Virus record (IMG/VR): IMGVR_UViG_3300016467_000450
Location: 1-41,319 of that record
DNA: 41,319 nucleotides
Direction: 5' to 3' (one strand)
Source of the DNA: a virus
Lineage: Duplodnaviria > Caudoviricetes
The translations under genes and the position numbers were made by a program. This document shows positions 1 through 7,538 of the stretch, one piece after another (within the stretch, counting starts at the first letter, position 1; each line of letters starts with the position of its first letter). Under the pieces are notes generated by a model that was not told the DNA's origin, did no database searches, and saw nothing but the letters and a program-made list of their open reading frames with translations.

Positions 1-915
1 GCAATCGACCACTGTCAGCCGTGTGTCGTCCGGCAGTTCGTCGAGCAGCTTGGCGACCTGAGCGTTCCACTCACCCTGGGACATCTTGTCGTTGGACATG
101 CCCCACCAGCCCATTTCGCCCTTCTCGTACCACACGCCGTCCTTGAGCAGCGCATAGGTGCTAATGGCACCATCGCGGTACTGCTGGATGTATTCCTCAC
201 GCGAAACGAGGTACTCGTCCAGGTTGGCGAACGGGTTGTCGAAGACGGCGCGCAGTGCGGTCAGGCCCTCTTGCGAGTGGTACGCCTTGCGACGCGCATC
301 CCAGAGGTTCTGCCCTTCAGGCGCGTCCTTGATCTCCTCGCCGATCTGCTCCCAGGTCTTCCAGGTGCGGCCAGCGATAGCGGCGTGAGCCTCGTCCCAG
401 CGCTTCGCTGCGGCGTCACCGTCTTCCTTGCGCATGCCTTCGAAGTCGATCTGGCTCTTGAGCGCCGAGTCGCACTTGGTCGGAGAGATCGCCTCATCGC
501 GGTTCGTCCACGAGCGATCGCCGTTCTCACCCTGGCCGACGAACTCAGGCTTGAGCGTCAGGAAGCCCGACCAGCGGCCGCCAACCTGATACCAGTCCCA
601 CTTGCGGTTCGGATTGGTGCGGTTGACAGCCTTGATCAGCTTGCCGTCCTTCACGATGGCATAGCCATACTTGTGCTTACACTCGTCACCGACCTTCTCG
701 ACCTTGGACTCGTCATCGACGATGTTGTCAGCCAGGCCGTGATAGTCCAGTGCGTCTTCGATGCTGTCGCCATCGTTGATCGCGTTCTGGACTTCTTCAG
801 TGATGTCCTCGTCCTGAACGTATTCGTCGTTGAGGCCGGTGCATTCGAACTCGTGGAACGGAGCCAGTTGGCTCTCGAAGTCATCCCCGATGACCATTAC
901 GGTGAAGTGGCTCAT
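1..915 (-). CDS. Conserved phage hypothetical protein, 3' end runs off the window
   Basis: Missing from the ORF track. Manual translation from ATG 915 (AAAGGA SD): MSHFTVMVIGDDFESQLAPFHEFE...NPNRKWDWYQVGGRWSG...GEMGWWG...LTVVDC, open to position 1. Confidence 0.85.
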   Translation of the reverse strand, partial: MSHFTVMVIGDDFESQLAPFHEFECTGLNDEYVQDEDITEEVQNAINDGDSIEDALDYHGLADNIVDDESKVEKVGDECKHKYGYAIVKDGKLIKAVNRTNPNRKWDWYQVGGRWSGFLTLKPEFVGQGENGDRSWTNRDEAISPTKCDSALKSQIDFEGMRKEDGDAAAKRWDEAHAAIAGRTWKTWEQIGEEIKDAPEGQNLWDARRKAYHSQEGLTALRAVFDNPFANLDEYLVSREEYIQQYRDGAISTYALLKDGVWYEKGEMGWWGMSNDKMSQGEWNAQVAKLLDELPDDTRLTVVDC

Positions 916-1005
916 GCGTTTCCTTTCGGTGGTGTTGTGATGAATTGATTGTCGAGTTCGCGCATTGGAGTCACAAGCGCAAACCCAGGGAAGATGCTCT
1001 GCCGA

Positions 1006-1524
1006 TCAGGCAGGTTTTGCTTGCGTCTTCGGCCAACCGAGCTTGGTCAGGTCGGCGACGATGTTGGCGATCGCGGGGAGATTGGGCGTCTTGCTGCCTT
1101 CGCGCTCTTGTGGCAGGTACTTCTCGAACTCAGGCAGACGCTCTTTAGCCATCTTGAGCGTGGTGCAGCCGGTGATCACCGCCTCAACCCGCTCCTTGAT
1201 GGCTTCGCGCTGCGCTTTCTGAGCCTTGTACTGATCTACGAGCTTGTCGTAGGCGGCTTGCGACTTCTTGGTGAGCGAGAACGAACCGCCACGACCGGCA
1301 AACACCGTGAAGGACTGCTGGAAGCCCTGATAGGAGTAGAAGCTGTCGGTGCGGAGGAAGCCGCTGGTCTTGTTGTCGAGCGCGAACTGGCGCAGTTGGG
1401 GCGGAAGCTGCTCGATGGAGTCGTCCAGCACGAGCTTGCGTGCCTGCTCCATGTAGTCAACCTTGGGAACGTCTTGCATGACGGCGCGAACGAAGGCTTC
1501 GCGGTCAATCTTGGTCAGTTTCAT
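1006..1524 (-). CDS. Nmad5-like phage protein
   Basis: MKLTK..R N-terminus and CTTLKMAKERLPEFEKYLP motif; AGGAG SD. Confidence 0.65.
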   Translation of the reverse strand: MKLTKIDREAFVRAVMQDVPKVDYMEQARKLVLDDSIEQLPPQLRQFALDNKTSGFLRTDSFYSYQGFQQSFTVFAGRGGSFSLTKKSQAAYDKLVDQYKAQKAQREAIKERVEAVITGCTTLKMAKERLPEFEKYLPQEREGSKTPNLPAIANIVADLTKLGWPKTQAKPA

Positions 1525-1537
1525 ACTCTCTCCTTTG

Positions 1538-1590
1538 AATCAGTCATAAGCGACTGATTGAATTGTTCACGTAGAACGATGGGATTTCAA
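1538..1590 (-). promoter_or_regulatory. Sigma70-like promoter with downstream palindromic operator
   Basis: Minus strand TTGAAA-17-AACAAT, then AATCAGTCG-CTTA-TGACTGATT (1538-1559). Confidence 0.6.
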
Positions 1591-1617
1591 TCAAATCCCA
1601 GGGGACTTTCGCAATCC

Positions 1618-1785
1618 CTATGCACTCTCCTCACCAGACAGCCATCGGACTCGGCCGTAGAAGTAGTTGAGCCAAAGCTGGCCGGCGTCCGAGTAGAGGT
1701 CATAGGGCGATTCACTTGCATCCCCTCCCCTGTCAGCGACGGCTTGCGCGTGAACCTTGATTTCGATCGCATCCAGCTTGTCCAT
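1618..1785 (-). CDS. Small hypothetical protein (55 aa)
   Basis: Manual translation MDKLDAIEIKVHAQAVADRGGDASESPYDLYSDAGQLWLNYFYGRVRWLSGEESA; GAGG SD; preceded by TATAAT and an operator. Confidence 0.65.
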   Translation of the reverse strand: MDKLDAIEIKVHAQAVADRGGDASESPYDLYSDAGQLWLNYFYGRVRWLSGEESA

Positions 1786-1798
1786 TGTGACCTCGTGT

Positions 1799-1819
1799 TG
1801 TCAGTGGTGACTGATTATA
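1799..1819 (-). promoter_or_regulatory. -10 box TATAAT followed by GTCA-N4-TGAC operator
   Basis: Plus strand tgtca-gtgg-tgact at 1799-1812, attata at 1814-1819. Confidence 0.65.
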
Positions 1820-1828
1820 GTGGCGCGC

Positions 1829-2050
1829 TCACAAGCGCAAGCTCCACCACACGAGTCCCGCGATCGCAAAGGCGACAGCCGTGATTTCCACCACGAACAG
1901 GTCTTTGTCCCTGGTGCCGAAGCCCACCGCAGCCCACATCGACGATCCGACGGCGCTGAAGACGATGTTCAGGGGATAGATGTTGAAGGCATTCAGGAAC
2001 ATCCCGATGACGCACAGGACGGTTCCCCAGCGCTTGAGACGGGCCTGCAT
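1829..2050 (-). CDS. Small membrane protein (about 3 TM segments)
   Basis: Hydrophobic MQARLKRWGTVLCVIGMFLNAFNIYPLNIVF...; ATG directly after the upstream stop. Confidence 0.7.
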   Translation of the reverse strand: MQARLKRWGTVLCVIGMFLNAFNIYPLNIVFSAVGSSMWAAVGFGTRDKDLFVVEITAVAFAIAGLVWWSLRL

Positions 2051-2052
2051 GG

Positions 2053-2217
2053 TCAGTCCCAGTTCTTCGGGTTCCAGACAGACCAAAGAGCCTGCCAACC
2101 CGAGACAGCCGAAGCGCACAGCACGGCACCGATGCCGAAGGTGATGGTGATCACCTCCAGCAGCAGAAGTATAAGGGTGGCGAAAATTCCGTAAAAAATT
2201 TGGCGCAAAATTCTCAT
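2053..2217 (-). CDS. Small membrane protein
   Basis: MRILRQIFYGIFATLILLLLEV...; AGGA SD. Confidence 0.55.
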   Translation of the reverse strand: MRILRQIFYGIFATLILLLLEVITITFGIGAVLCASAVSGWQALWSVWNPKNWD

Positions 2218-2228
2218 TTCCTGCTTTC

Positions 2229-2462
2229 TCACCAAGTCTCAGGCTTGGCGTTCTCTTGTTCGCAGAGGCGTTGGGCCTCCGTGATCATCACGATGAAGTC
2301 CTTGTCAGTGACCAGCCCCGACACAGCCATGAACAGCGCGTCGATACCAGTGGAGAACTGCGCCGGCGTGATCTTCTTCTGCGTGACGGCAAGCGTCAGC
2401 CATGAAATCGTTTCGAACGCCTTGCGGTTGATCTCCGACTGGAGGTCTGGAACTCCGGACAT
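2229..2462 (-). CDS. Hypothetical protein ending ...KPETW
   Basis: 77-aa ORF with GAGGA SD, fits gene packing. Confidence 0.75.
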   Translation of the reverse strand: MSGVPDLQSEINRKAFETISWLTLAVTQKKITPAQFSTGIDALFMAVSGLVTDKDFIVMITEAQRLCEQENAKPETW

Positions 2463-2523
2463 AACTTCCTCACAAACTTGTGTACTTACCTCGCTATCGT
2501 AGCGAGAAAGTCACGGGCTTTGT

Positions 2524-2537
2524 TGTCACCCGTGACT
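2524..2537. promoter_or_regulatory. GTCA-N4-TGAC operator
   Basis: tgtca-cccg-tgact; extra half-site agtca at 2509. Confidence 0.65.
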
Positions 2538-2543
2538 GATCGC

Positions 2544-3176
2544 CTAGTGCAGAACCAATTCCCCCTGGTCTTTCTGGTTCTTGTAGTCGAGGATGACGGC
2601 CGACTTTGCACGACCGATCGCAGCCTCAACAGCCGTCAGCCGGCGCTCCATGTCAACCACTGCGCGAGGCAGGTAGAAGTTGCACGAACGCAGGCGCTCG
2701 TCGCAGGTCAGGCCGAGCATCAGGGAGTTCAGATGCTCGATGTACGCCTCGTTCATGGCGGCCTTGCCCTCCTCTTTCACCAGCGGGATGCCTGGCTGAA
2801 TGAGGATGACGACGCCGAAGCGACGGTTGGTCGCCTCGAAGCAGTCCTCCACGTACTTCTTCACTCGCCCCTGACAGGACTCGGGAACTCGATCGCCGAT
2901 CGCATCGCCAATCAGATATGCAGCCATATCCAGCGGCGTGCGGTCGGTGATGAACTCGCGTCCTGCGAACTCAGCGAATTTGGCGTCCACCCGTTCAAGG
3001 ATGCGTTCCTGAATCGTCATCCGAGTCTCGAAGTCGTAGAGGGCAGAAGGGTCGTAACCCAACTCCCTCCAGATCGCACTCACGGACGTTTCAAGAAACG
3101 GGATGCCGTGCTTCTCTGAGTACAGGCGCGCAAGGCTCGTCTTCCCAGTTCTGTGGCTGCCCACAAGACCGATCAT
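2544..3176 (-). CDS. P-loop nucleotide kinase-like protein (AAA_28/dNMP kinase-like)
   Basis: Walker A GSHRTGKT at the N-terminus and ITDRTPLD motif. Confidence 0.75.
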   Translation of the reverse strand: MIGLVGSHRTGKTSLARLYSEKHGIPFLETSVSAIWRELGYDPSALYDFETRMTIQERILERVDAKFAEFAGREFITDRTPLDMAAYLIGDAIGDRVPESCQGRVKKYVEDCFEATNRRFGVVILIQPGIPLVKEEGKAAMNEAYIEHLNSLMLGLTCDERLRSCNFYLPRAVVDMERRLTAVEAAIGRAKSAVILDYKNQKDQGELVLH

Positions 3177-3799
3177 CAGCCCTGAGTCCCCACCTGGCCT
3201 TCGAGAATCGCACGTTCAGCCGCATGATCGCGGTTGATCGTGGCTTCGGCGTTGAAGGTCTGACCCTTGTTGCGAAGCTCCAGCTTGGCGACGTTCTTGG
3301 CGCGAGTCTCGGACTCAGGCACGCCAGTCTCAGCGTGGCCGACCTGCTTGTACCAGTCCACGTCGCCCAGTTCTTCAGCGAAGTTCACCTTGTCGAAAGG
3401 CTTGCCCTCAAGCTGATCACGCATCGCTTCCAGCAGTTCGGCCGACTCGGTGTTGATGCCGAAAGCGCAGTGCAACAGGCGCAGATTCAGGTTCTTCGGG
3501 TCGATACCGTGAGCCTCTTCTGGCAGAGCGTTGTAGTTGCCCTTGTCGTTCTTCTCGGCCAGCTTGTCGGACAGTTCGAAGATCAGTTGGGCGTAGCCGG
3601 CCTGCATCTCCGCAAGCTGACGCACCTTCTCGGCGTCGAACGCCTTGCCGTAGAACATCGTGCGCTTGGCGATGTTCATGATTTCGCCCATGTTGATCGA
3701 GGCGTTCATCAGAATGTGAAGGCCGATCTCGCCGAAGTTCAGTTCGGTTGGCTTGCTCTCGGTCAGGAGGGCGCGACGGTTGTATTCAAGAGAGTCCAT
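3176..3799 (-). CDS. MazG-like all-alpha nucleotide pyrophosphohydrolase
   Basis: LLH...GINTESAEL and EELGDVDWY motifs; N..KL..R. Confidence 0.8.
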   Translation of the reverse strand: MDSLEYNRRALLTESKPTELNFGEIGLHILMNASINMGEIMNIAKRTMFYGKAFDAEKVRQLAEMQAGYAQLIFELSDKLAEKNDKGNYNALPEEAHGIDPKNLNLRLLHCAFGINTESAELLEAMRDQLEGKPFDKVNFAEELGDVDWYKQVGHAETGVPESETRAKNVAKLELRNKGQTFNAEATINRDHAAERAILEGQVGTQG

Positions 3800-3808
3800 G
3801 TGGTTCCT

Positions 3809-4063
3809 TTAGATGACCTTGGCGAACGGATCGCCGGCGGTGGGGTTGACGATAGCGTCCAGTTTGGCCTTGACGCTCTTGGCCTTCTCAGCTTCAGCGC
3901 TGGCTGCGACGCTTGCGCGGGTCGCTTCGGCTGCGATGGCCTCTTGACGGTTCGCTTCTTCGGTCTGGGCAGCCTCGACAGCCTCCAGGTCGGCGATCGC
4001 CTGTGTGAATGCGCCCATCACATCGGCGACGGTGCGTTTTGCGGTTCCGAATACAGAAAGCAT
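3809..4063 (-). CDS. Hypothetical coiled-coil protein
   Basis: ATG at 4063 with AAGGAG SD; Ala/Glu-rich helix. Confidence 0.75.
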   Translation of the reverse strand: MLSVFGTAKRTVADVMGAFTQAIADLEAVEAAQTEEANRQEAIAAEATRASVAASAEAEKAKSVKAKLDAIVNPTAGDPFAKVI

Positions 4064-4073
4064 GTGCTTCTCC

Positions 4074-4898
4074 TTACATTGCTGATTCAACGATTTGGCG
4101 GTTCTGCAACCAGCCCTTGAAGTTGCCCGACCATTCCTCTGCGCTGTGCAGCGGAGTGGCCTGATGCTCGATGGGCGAGGCGTGCAGAGGGCGGCTGCCA
4201 ACCAAGCGCTCGTAGAGGGCGACATCCTTCTCGATCTCAGGCTTCTGGCCGTCGTGGGTCAGGTACGAAACCCGAGCGCATCGAGCCGCAGACAGCTTGA
4301 GCAGGAGTTCAATGTCGCCGTAGTGACGCAGACGCTCGTCCAGCGTGACGTAGGGCATGTGCCACTCGCTGTCGTTCAGCGTCTTGGGCGAGGATTGATT
4401 CATCGCCACGCGCATCGTCAATGCAAGCGCCTGAATCTCGGGCTGCGCGTCCGGATGGGCACGAAGATCGAAGAAGTTCTGCCACTCGGTCGCCGTGACG
4501 ATGACGTGCATGTACTGGAACGGCTCAAGGATGCGGTTGGCCACCTGCTTGTGAGCGCCGATCTTGTTCAGGATGCTGGCCTGTGTCGCTGCGAGAATGG
4601 CCGCAGTCGTCCACGCCTCACGAGCATCTTCAAGCTCCTTGCCTGTCAGCTCCTCGTTCGCCTGCATGCCAGGCTGGTTCTTACCCCAGTGGATCGGCAT
4701 CGCGGGATCGTTGCGAACCTGCTCGATGACCTTAGCCACCGGAATGGCGCGGCTCGAGCTGGCGTTGCGGCTGAAGACCCGATGCGTCATGAACTCCGCG
4801 TGGATGAAGCGCGGATACTGAAGCTGCATCGTCGTCAGGCGAACGCCGGTCAGTGCCGACACGGAGTCTTCGATGACTTTGGCGGTGATGATGGTCAT
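4074..4898 (-). CDS. thyX: Flavin-dependent thymidylate synthase
   Basis: THRVFSRNASSSR ThyX-type motif, FFDLR..PDAQPEI, SAARCARVSY, HASPIEH; start re-set to ATG 4898. Confidence 0.9.
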   Translation of the reverse strand: MTIITAKVIEDSVSALTGVRLTTMQLQYPRFIHAEFMTHRVFSRNASSSRAIPVAKVIEQVRNDPAMPIHWGKNQPGMQANEELTGKELEDAREAWTTAAILAATQASILNKIGAHKQVANRILEPFQYMHVIVTATEWQNFFDLRAHPDAQPEIQALALTMRVAMNQSSPKTLNDSEWHMPYVTLDERLRHYGDIELLLKLSAARCARVSYLTHDGQKPEIEKDVALYERLVGSRPLHASPIEHQATPLHSAEEWSGNFKGWLQNRQIVESAM

Positions 4899-5152
4899 TT
4901 GTCCCCTTTCGCGCTGAACGAGCGATTGAGAGCGCTGGGGAAGACGATCAGCTTGATGAAGCCAATCAGAACCAGCATCCCAGCCATGTCCCAGAAGCCG
5001 ATGTTCAGGTACACAGCAGGCACGAAGCTGAAGTAGATCGGGCCGAGCCAGCCCCACAGGAAGTGAAGCGGGACGGCGATCAACACCGCAAAGATTGCGG
5101 AGATGATCCAGCCCAGGATGGGAAACACGGCGAACTTAGCGAGTCCTTGCAT
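4895..5152 (-). CDS. Membrane protein
   Basis: 85 aa, strongly hydrophobic, ATGA overlap with thyX. Confidence 0.75.
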   Translation of the reverse strand: MQGLAKFAVFPILGWIISAIFAVLIAVPLHFLWGWLGPIYFSFVPAVYLNIGFWDMAGMLVLIGFIKLIVFPSALNRSFSAKGDK

Positions 5153-5160
5153 ACGCCCTC

Positions 5161-5646
5161 TCAGTTCGCTCGTTGGGCGCGAGTCGAAGGGCCGCCGGTG
5201 GGCTTCTCGTTCTTCGGGACGATCGGCTTCAGCGGCTCCTTGCTGACCTTCTTCAGACGCACACAGGAGATGAACATCGCGGTGGACTCGATCTTCTTGG
5301 CGTCATTGGCGGGCTTCACAACGTCGAAGTACACGCAGCCGTTCAGGAACGTGGTCTTGCTCGAAGCGATGCCCTTGTGGCCGCTGATGATGTCCTCGAC
5401 TTCATCGCCGACCTTGATGTCGGTTGCTTGAGGCGCTGTCGCCTGGTCGCTGATGCCTGCGGCCTTGTACTTCACCAGGGCGGCGTCAAAGTTCCACGCT
5501 TCGGGCAGCTTGTCGGCACCCTTCGCAGCTTTGGGCTGAATGCCGTACTGCACGTTGCCATTGAAGGCTTCCATTTTCGAAATGACAGTGCCCTCGAAGC
5601 CGGACGCTTGGTCAATGGCAATGCAGCCAAGTTTGATTTCACTCAT
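5161..5646 (-). CDS. Hypothetical protein with two tandem repeated small beta domains
   Basis: Two copies of IK.G...D..SG..G...SK....NG... Confidence 0.8.
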   Translation of the reverse strand: MSEIKLGCIAIDQASGFEGTVISKMEAFNGNVQYGIQPKAAKGADKLPEAWNFDAALVKYKAAGISDQATAPQATDIKVGDEVEDIISGHKGIASSKTTFLNGCVYFDVVKPANDAKKIESTAMFISCVRLKKVSKEPLKPIVPKNEKPTGGPSTRAQRAN

Positions 5647-5655
5647 GATTTCTCC

Positions 5656-6159
5656 TTACTTGCGGCCGTAGGAAGACGGCGATGGACGAGACGACGACAT
5701 GGACGAGTGGCTGTAGCCCGTGTTGGCGGGCTTGAAGCTCGGTGTCGGCGCAGGTGCGGGTTTCGGTGCGGGTGGCGGGGTGAACTTCGGTGCCGCAGCA
5801 GGTGCCGGTGCGGGCGCAGGCACTTCGCGGACAATCGTCTTGTTGACGATGGTCTTGTTGACGACCGTCTGCTCCACAGGACGGTGGCTGCTGCCGCCAG
5901 AGTTGCCCAGCATGTAGCCGATGGCACCGCCCAGCAGCATGTCGGTCATGCCGCTGTGGGACTGAGCCGGCTGTTGCACGACCACGGTCTGAGGCTGCGG
6001 AGCAGCTTGTTGAACTTGCTGAACGGGAGCCGCAGCGCCCGACAGGCTCGATTGGTCTTGGTGGGCGTGACCAGGGACGGATTCGCGGTCGTCTTTGCTA
6101 CCGCAGGCAGCCAGCGTGACGGCGATGACGGCTGCTGCCGTGAGTTTGATCGTGTTCAT
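5656..6159 (-). CDS. Putative lipoprotein with Pro/Ser-rich tail
   Basis: Signal peptide with LAAC lipobox; LLGGAIGYMLG segment; PAPAP tail. Confidence 0.75.
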   Translation of the reverse strand: MNTIKLTAAAVIAVTLAACGSKDDRESVPGHAHQDQSSLSGAAAPVQQVQQAAPQPQTVVVQQPAQSHSGMTDMLLGGAIGYMLGNSGGSSHRPVEQTVVNKTIVNKTIVREVPAPAPAPAAAPKFTPPPAPKPAPAPTPSFKPANTGYSHSSMSSSRPSPSSYGRK

Positions 6160-6551
6160 CAGTCGTCCGCCTGCACTGTGAAGGTGTGGACGACGAACTG
6201 CTTGGCAGAGTACGGACGACGCAGCGACGGCTTGCGCAGCAGGATCGACTGACCATTCATCATCGCCAGAGCAGCCAGAGCGCGGCCCGTCTGCTTGTTG
6301 AAGTCATCCTGGCGATGGCAGATGGCAGTCGAGACTTCGACGATGTTGCGACCGTGCAGGCGGTACGCCACAGTCATGCGCCCTGCCGTCACCGGCTTGT
6401 CGGTGAAGTCGTAGGAGGCCGGTGTGACCTCGACGAAGTTGATGCCCTCCTTCTGGGCCTCGTTGATGGTGGCGCGCTCGGCAGCACGCTCCATTTCGCG
6501 CTGCTTGGCCCGTTGCTGGGCTGCAATCGCCTCCGGATGATTGGGGTTCAT
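6159..6551 (-). CDS. Conserved phage hypothetical protein
   Basis: AICH..DDFNK..GR..A motif common in small phage proteins; AAGGAG SD. Confidence 0.75.
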   Translation of the reverse strand: MNPNHPEAIAAQQRAKQREMERAAERATINEAQKEGINFVEVTPASYDFTDKPVTAGRMTVAYRLHGRNIVEVSTAICHRQDDFNKQTGRALAALAMMNGQSILLRKPSLRRPYSAKQFVVHTFTVQADD

Positions 6552-6568
6552 GGTTTCTCCTTTTGAAA

Positions 6569-6593
6569 TGTCACTTGTGACTTACTGATTGTA
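6569..6593 (-). promoter_or_regulatory. -10 box TACAAT with downstream operator
   Basis: tgtca-cttg-tgact at 6569-6582; attgta at 6588-6593. Confidence 0.6.
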
Positions 6594-6642
6594 GCGACCG
6601 AAAGACTGCCAAATGACGGCAACGATACGGCAGTGATTGACC

Positions 6643-6719
6643 TGGCGCGTCGAGAAGGATTCGAACCCTCAACCAAGGGCCTAGAACACCCCTGCTCTGA
6701 TCCGTTGAGCTATCGACGC
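6643..6719 (-). tRNA. tRNA-Arg(UCU)
   Basis: Cloverleaf GCGTCGA/TCGACGC, loop GT-TCT-AG, A20, TTCGAAT, encoded CCA. Confidence 0.88.
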
Positions 6720-6725
6720 AAAGAG

Positions 6726-6801
6726 TGGTGCCACCTGAAGGAATCGAACCCTCGACATCCGGACTACAAAACCGGCGTTCTTCCAACTGAACTAAAGTGG
6801 C
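6726..6801 (-). tRNA. tRNA-Thr(UGU)
   Basis: GCCACTT/AGGTGGC acceptor, loop TT-TGT-AG, TTCGATT, CCA. Confidence 0.9.
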
Positions 6802-6805
6802 GTGA

Positions 6806-6893
6806 TGGTGGACCGGGTTGGAGTCGAGCCAACGGGGTTCCGAAGAACAACGGATTTACAGTCCGCTCCTGCCCCCTACAGGTCTACCTGTCC
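6806..6893 (-). tRNA. tRNA-Tyr(GUA)
   Basis: Loop CT-GTA-AA, long variable arm, atypical T-loop CTCGACT, CCA. Confidence 0.85.
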
Positions 6894-6901
6894 AAAATTT
6901 G

Positions 6902-6979
6902 TGGTCTGTCATGCTGGATTTGAACCAGCGTTATTCCTGCTCCCAAAGCAGGTGCCATACCAGGCTAGGCGAATGACAG
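6902..6979 (-). tRNA. tRNA-Pro(UGG)
   Basis: CTGTCAT/ATGACAG acceptor, loop TT-TGG-GA, TTCAAAT, CCA. Confidence 0.92.
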
Positions 6980-6988
6980 ATGACCATT

Positions 6989-7074
6989 AAGTTTGACCAC
7001 TGGTGGGCTTGCACGAAGTCCCCAAGTCATAGTTAGGGAAATATGGCGCGTCGCCTCTTAGAGTGGCCAAACTT
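6989..7074 (-). ncRNA. Candidate structured non-tRNA RNA inside the tRNA operon
   Basis: 13-bp terminal stem AAGUUUGGCCACU/AGUGGUCAAACUU enclosing 2-3 hairpins; fills the Asn-Pro gap. Confidence 0.5.
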
Positions 7075-7076
7075 GA

Positions 7077-7152
7077 TGGCTCCGGTGGCTGGGATCGAAC
7101 CAACGACAGGCGGATTAACAGTCCGCTGCTCTACCAACTGAGCTACACCGGA
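7077..7152 (-). tRNA. tRNA-Asn(GUU)
   Basis: TCCGGTG/CACCGGA acceptor, loop CT-GTT-AA, G73, CCA. Confidence 0.95.
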
Positions 7153-7154
7153 AT

Positions 7155-7229
7155 TGGTTCCAGAGGAAAGGATTGAACTTTCGGCCTGTCGCTTATCAAG
7201 CGAATGCTCTACCACTGAGCTACTCTGGA
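7155..7229 (-). tRNA. tRNA-Ile(GAU)
   Basis: TCCAGAG/CTCTGGA acceptor, loop TT-GAT-AA, CCA. Confidence 0.9.
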
Positions 7230-7233
7230 GTAT

Positions 7234-7310
7234 TGGTTGCGGGCACAGGACTCGAACCTGCGACCTCCGGATTATGAATCCGGCGCTCTAACCGACTGAG
7301 CTAACCCGCT
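7234..7310 (-). tRNA. tRNA-Met(CAU), initiator-like acceptor stem
   Basis: Loop TT-CAT-AA; AGCGGGT/GCCCGCA with a 1:72 mismatch; CCA. Confidence 0.9.
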
Positions 7311-7321
7311 GCAATAGTTGA

Positions 7322-7363
7322 ATCTTATATAAGAAAGCGCGGGGATGCAAGTCACTTGTGACT
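7322..7363 (-). promoter_or_regulatory. Sigma70 promoter of the tRNA operon with operator abutting the -35 box
   Basis: TTGCAT (7345-7350), 17 bp, TAAGAT (7322-7327); AGTCA-cttg-TGACT at 7350-7363. Confidence 0.75.
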
Positions 7364-7379
7364 GATCCACGCAACTTTC

Positions 7380-7529
7380 CTACCGGCGCTTGGGTTCTTG
7401 ACCCTGATGCGTGTCTGCGTAGCGTGCCAGCGACTGAGCTAGACCACTGAACAGCGCGACCGATTGGCGCTCTCTTTCAGCTTCTTGCACGGGGTCAAGC
7501 TCGTCCGCTTGCTCTTGATCTTCTGTCAT
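7380..7529 (-). CDS. Small acidic hypothetical protein (49 aa)
   Basis: Manual translation MTEDQEQADELDPVQEAERERQSVALFSGLAQSLARYADTHQGQEPKRR; AGGGA SD. Confidence 0.5.
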   Translation of the reverse strand: MTEDQEQADELDPVQEAERERQSVALFSGLAQSLARYADTHQGQEPKRR

Positions 7530-7538
7530 GTTCATTCC

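Noticed and set aside
6643-6719. Possible amber-suppressor tRNA (CTA within TTCTAG)
   Set aside because: The stem pairs only in the register that centres TCT; A20 and G73 fit Arg; TAG is used as a normal stop in the window.
7001-7070. An eighth tRNA ending in CCA at 7001
   Set aside because: No acceptor stem or T-loop in that register; the region folds better as the separate structure reported above.
6571-7215. Short ORFs across the tRNA region
   Set aside because: They overlap clear tRNA cloverleaves.
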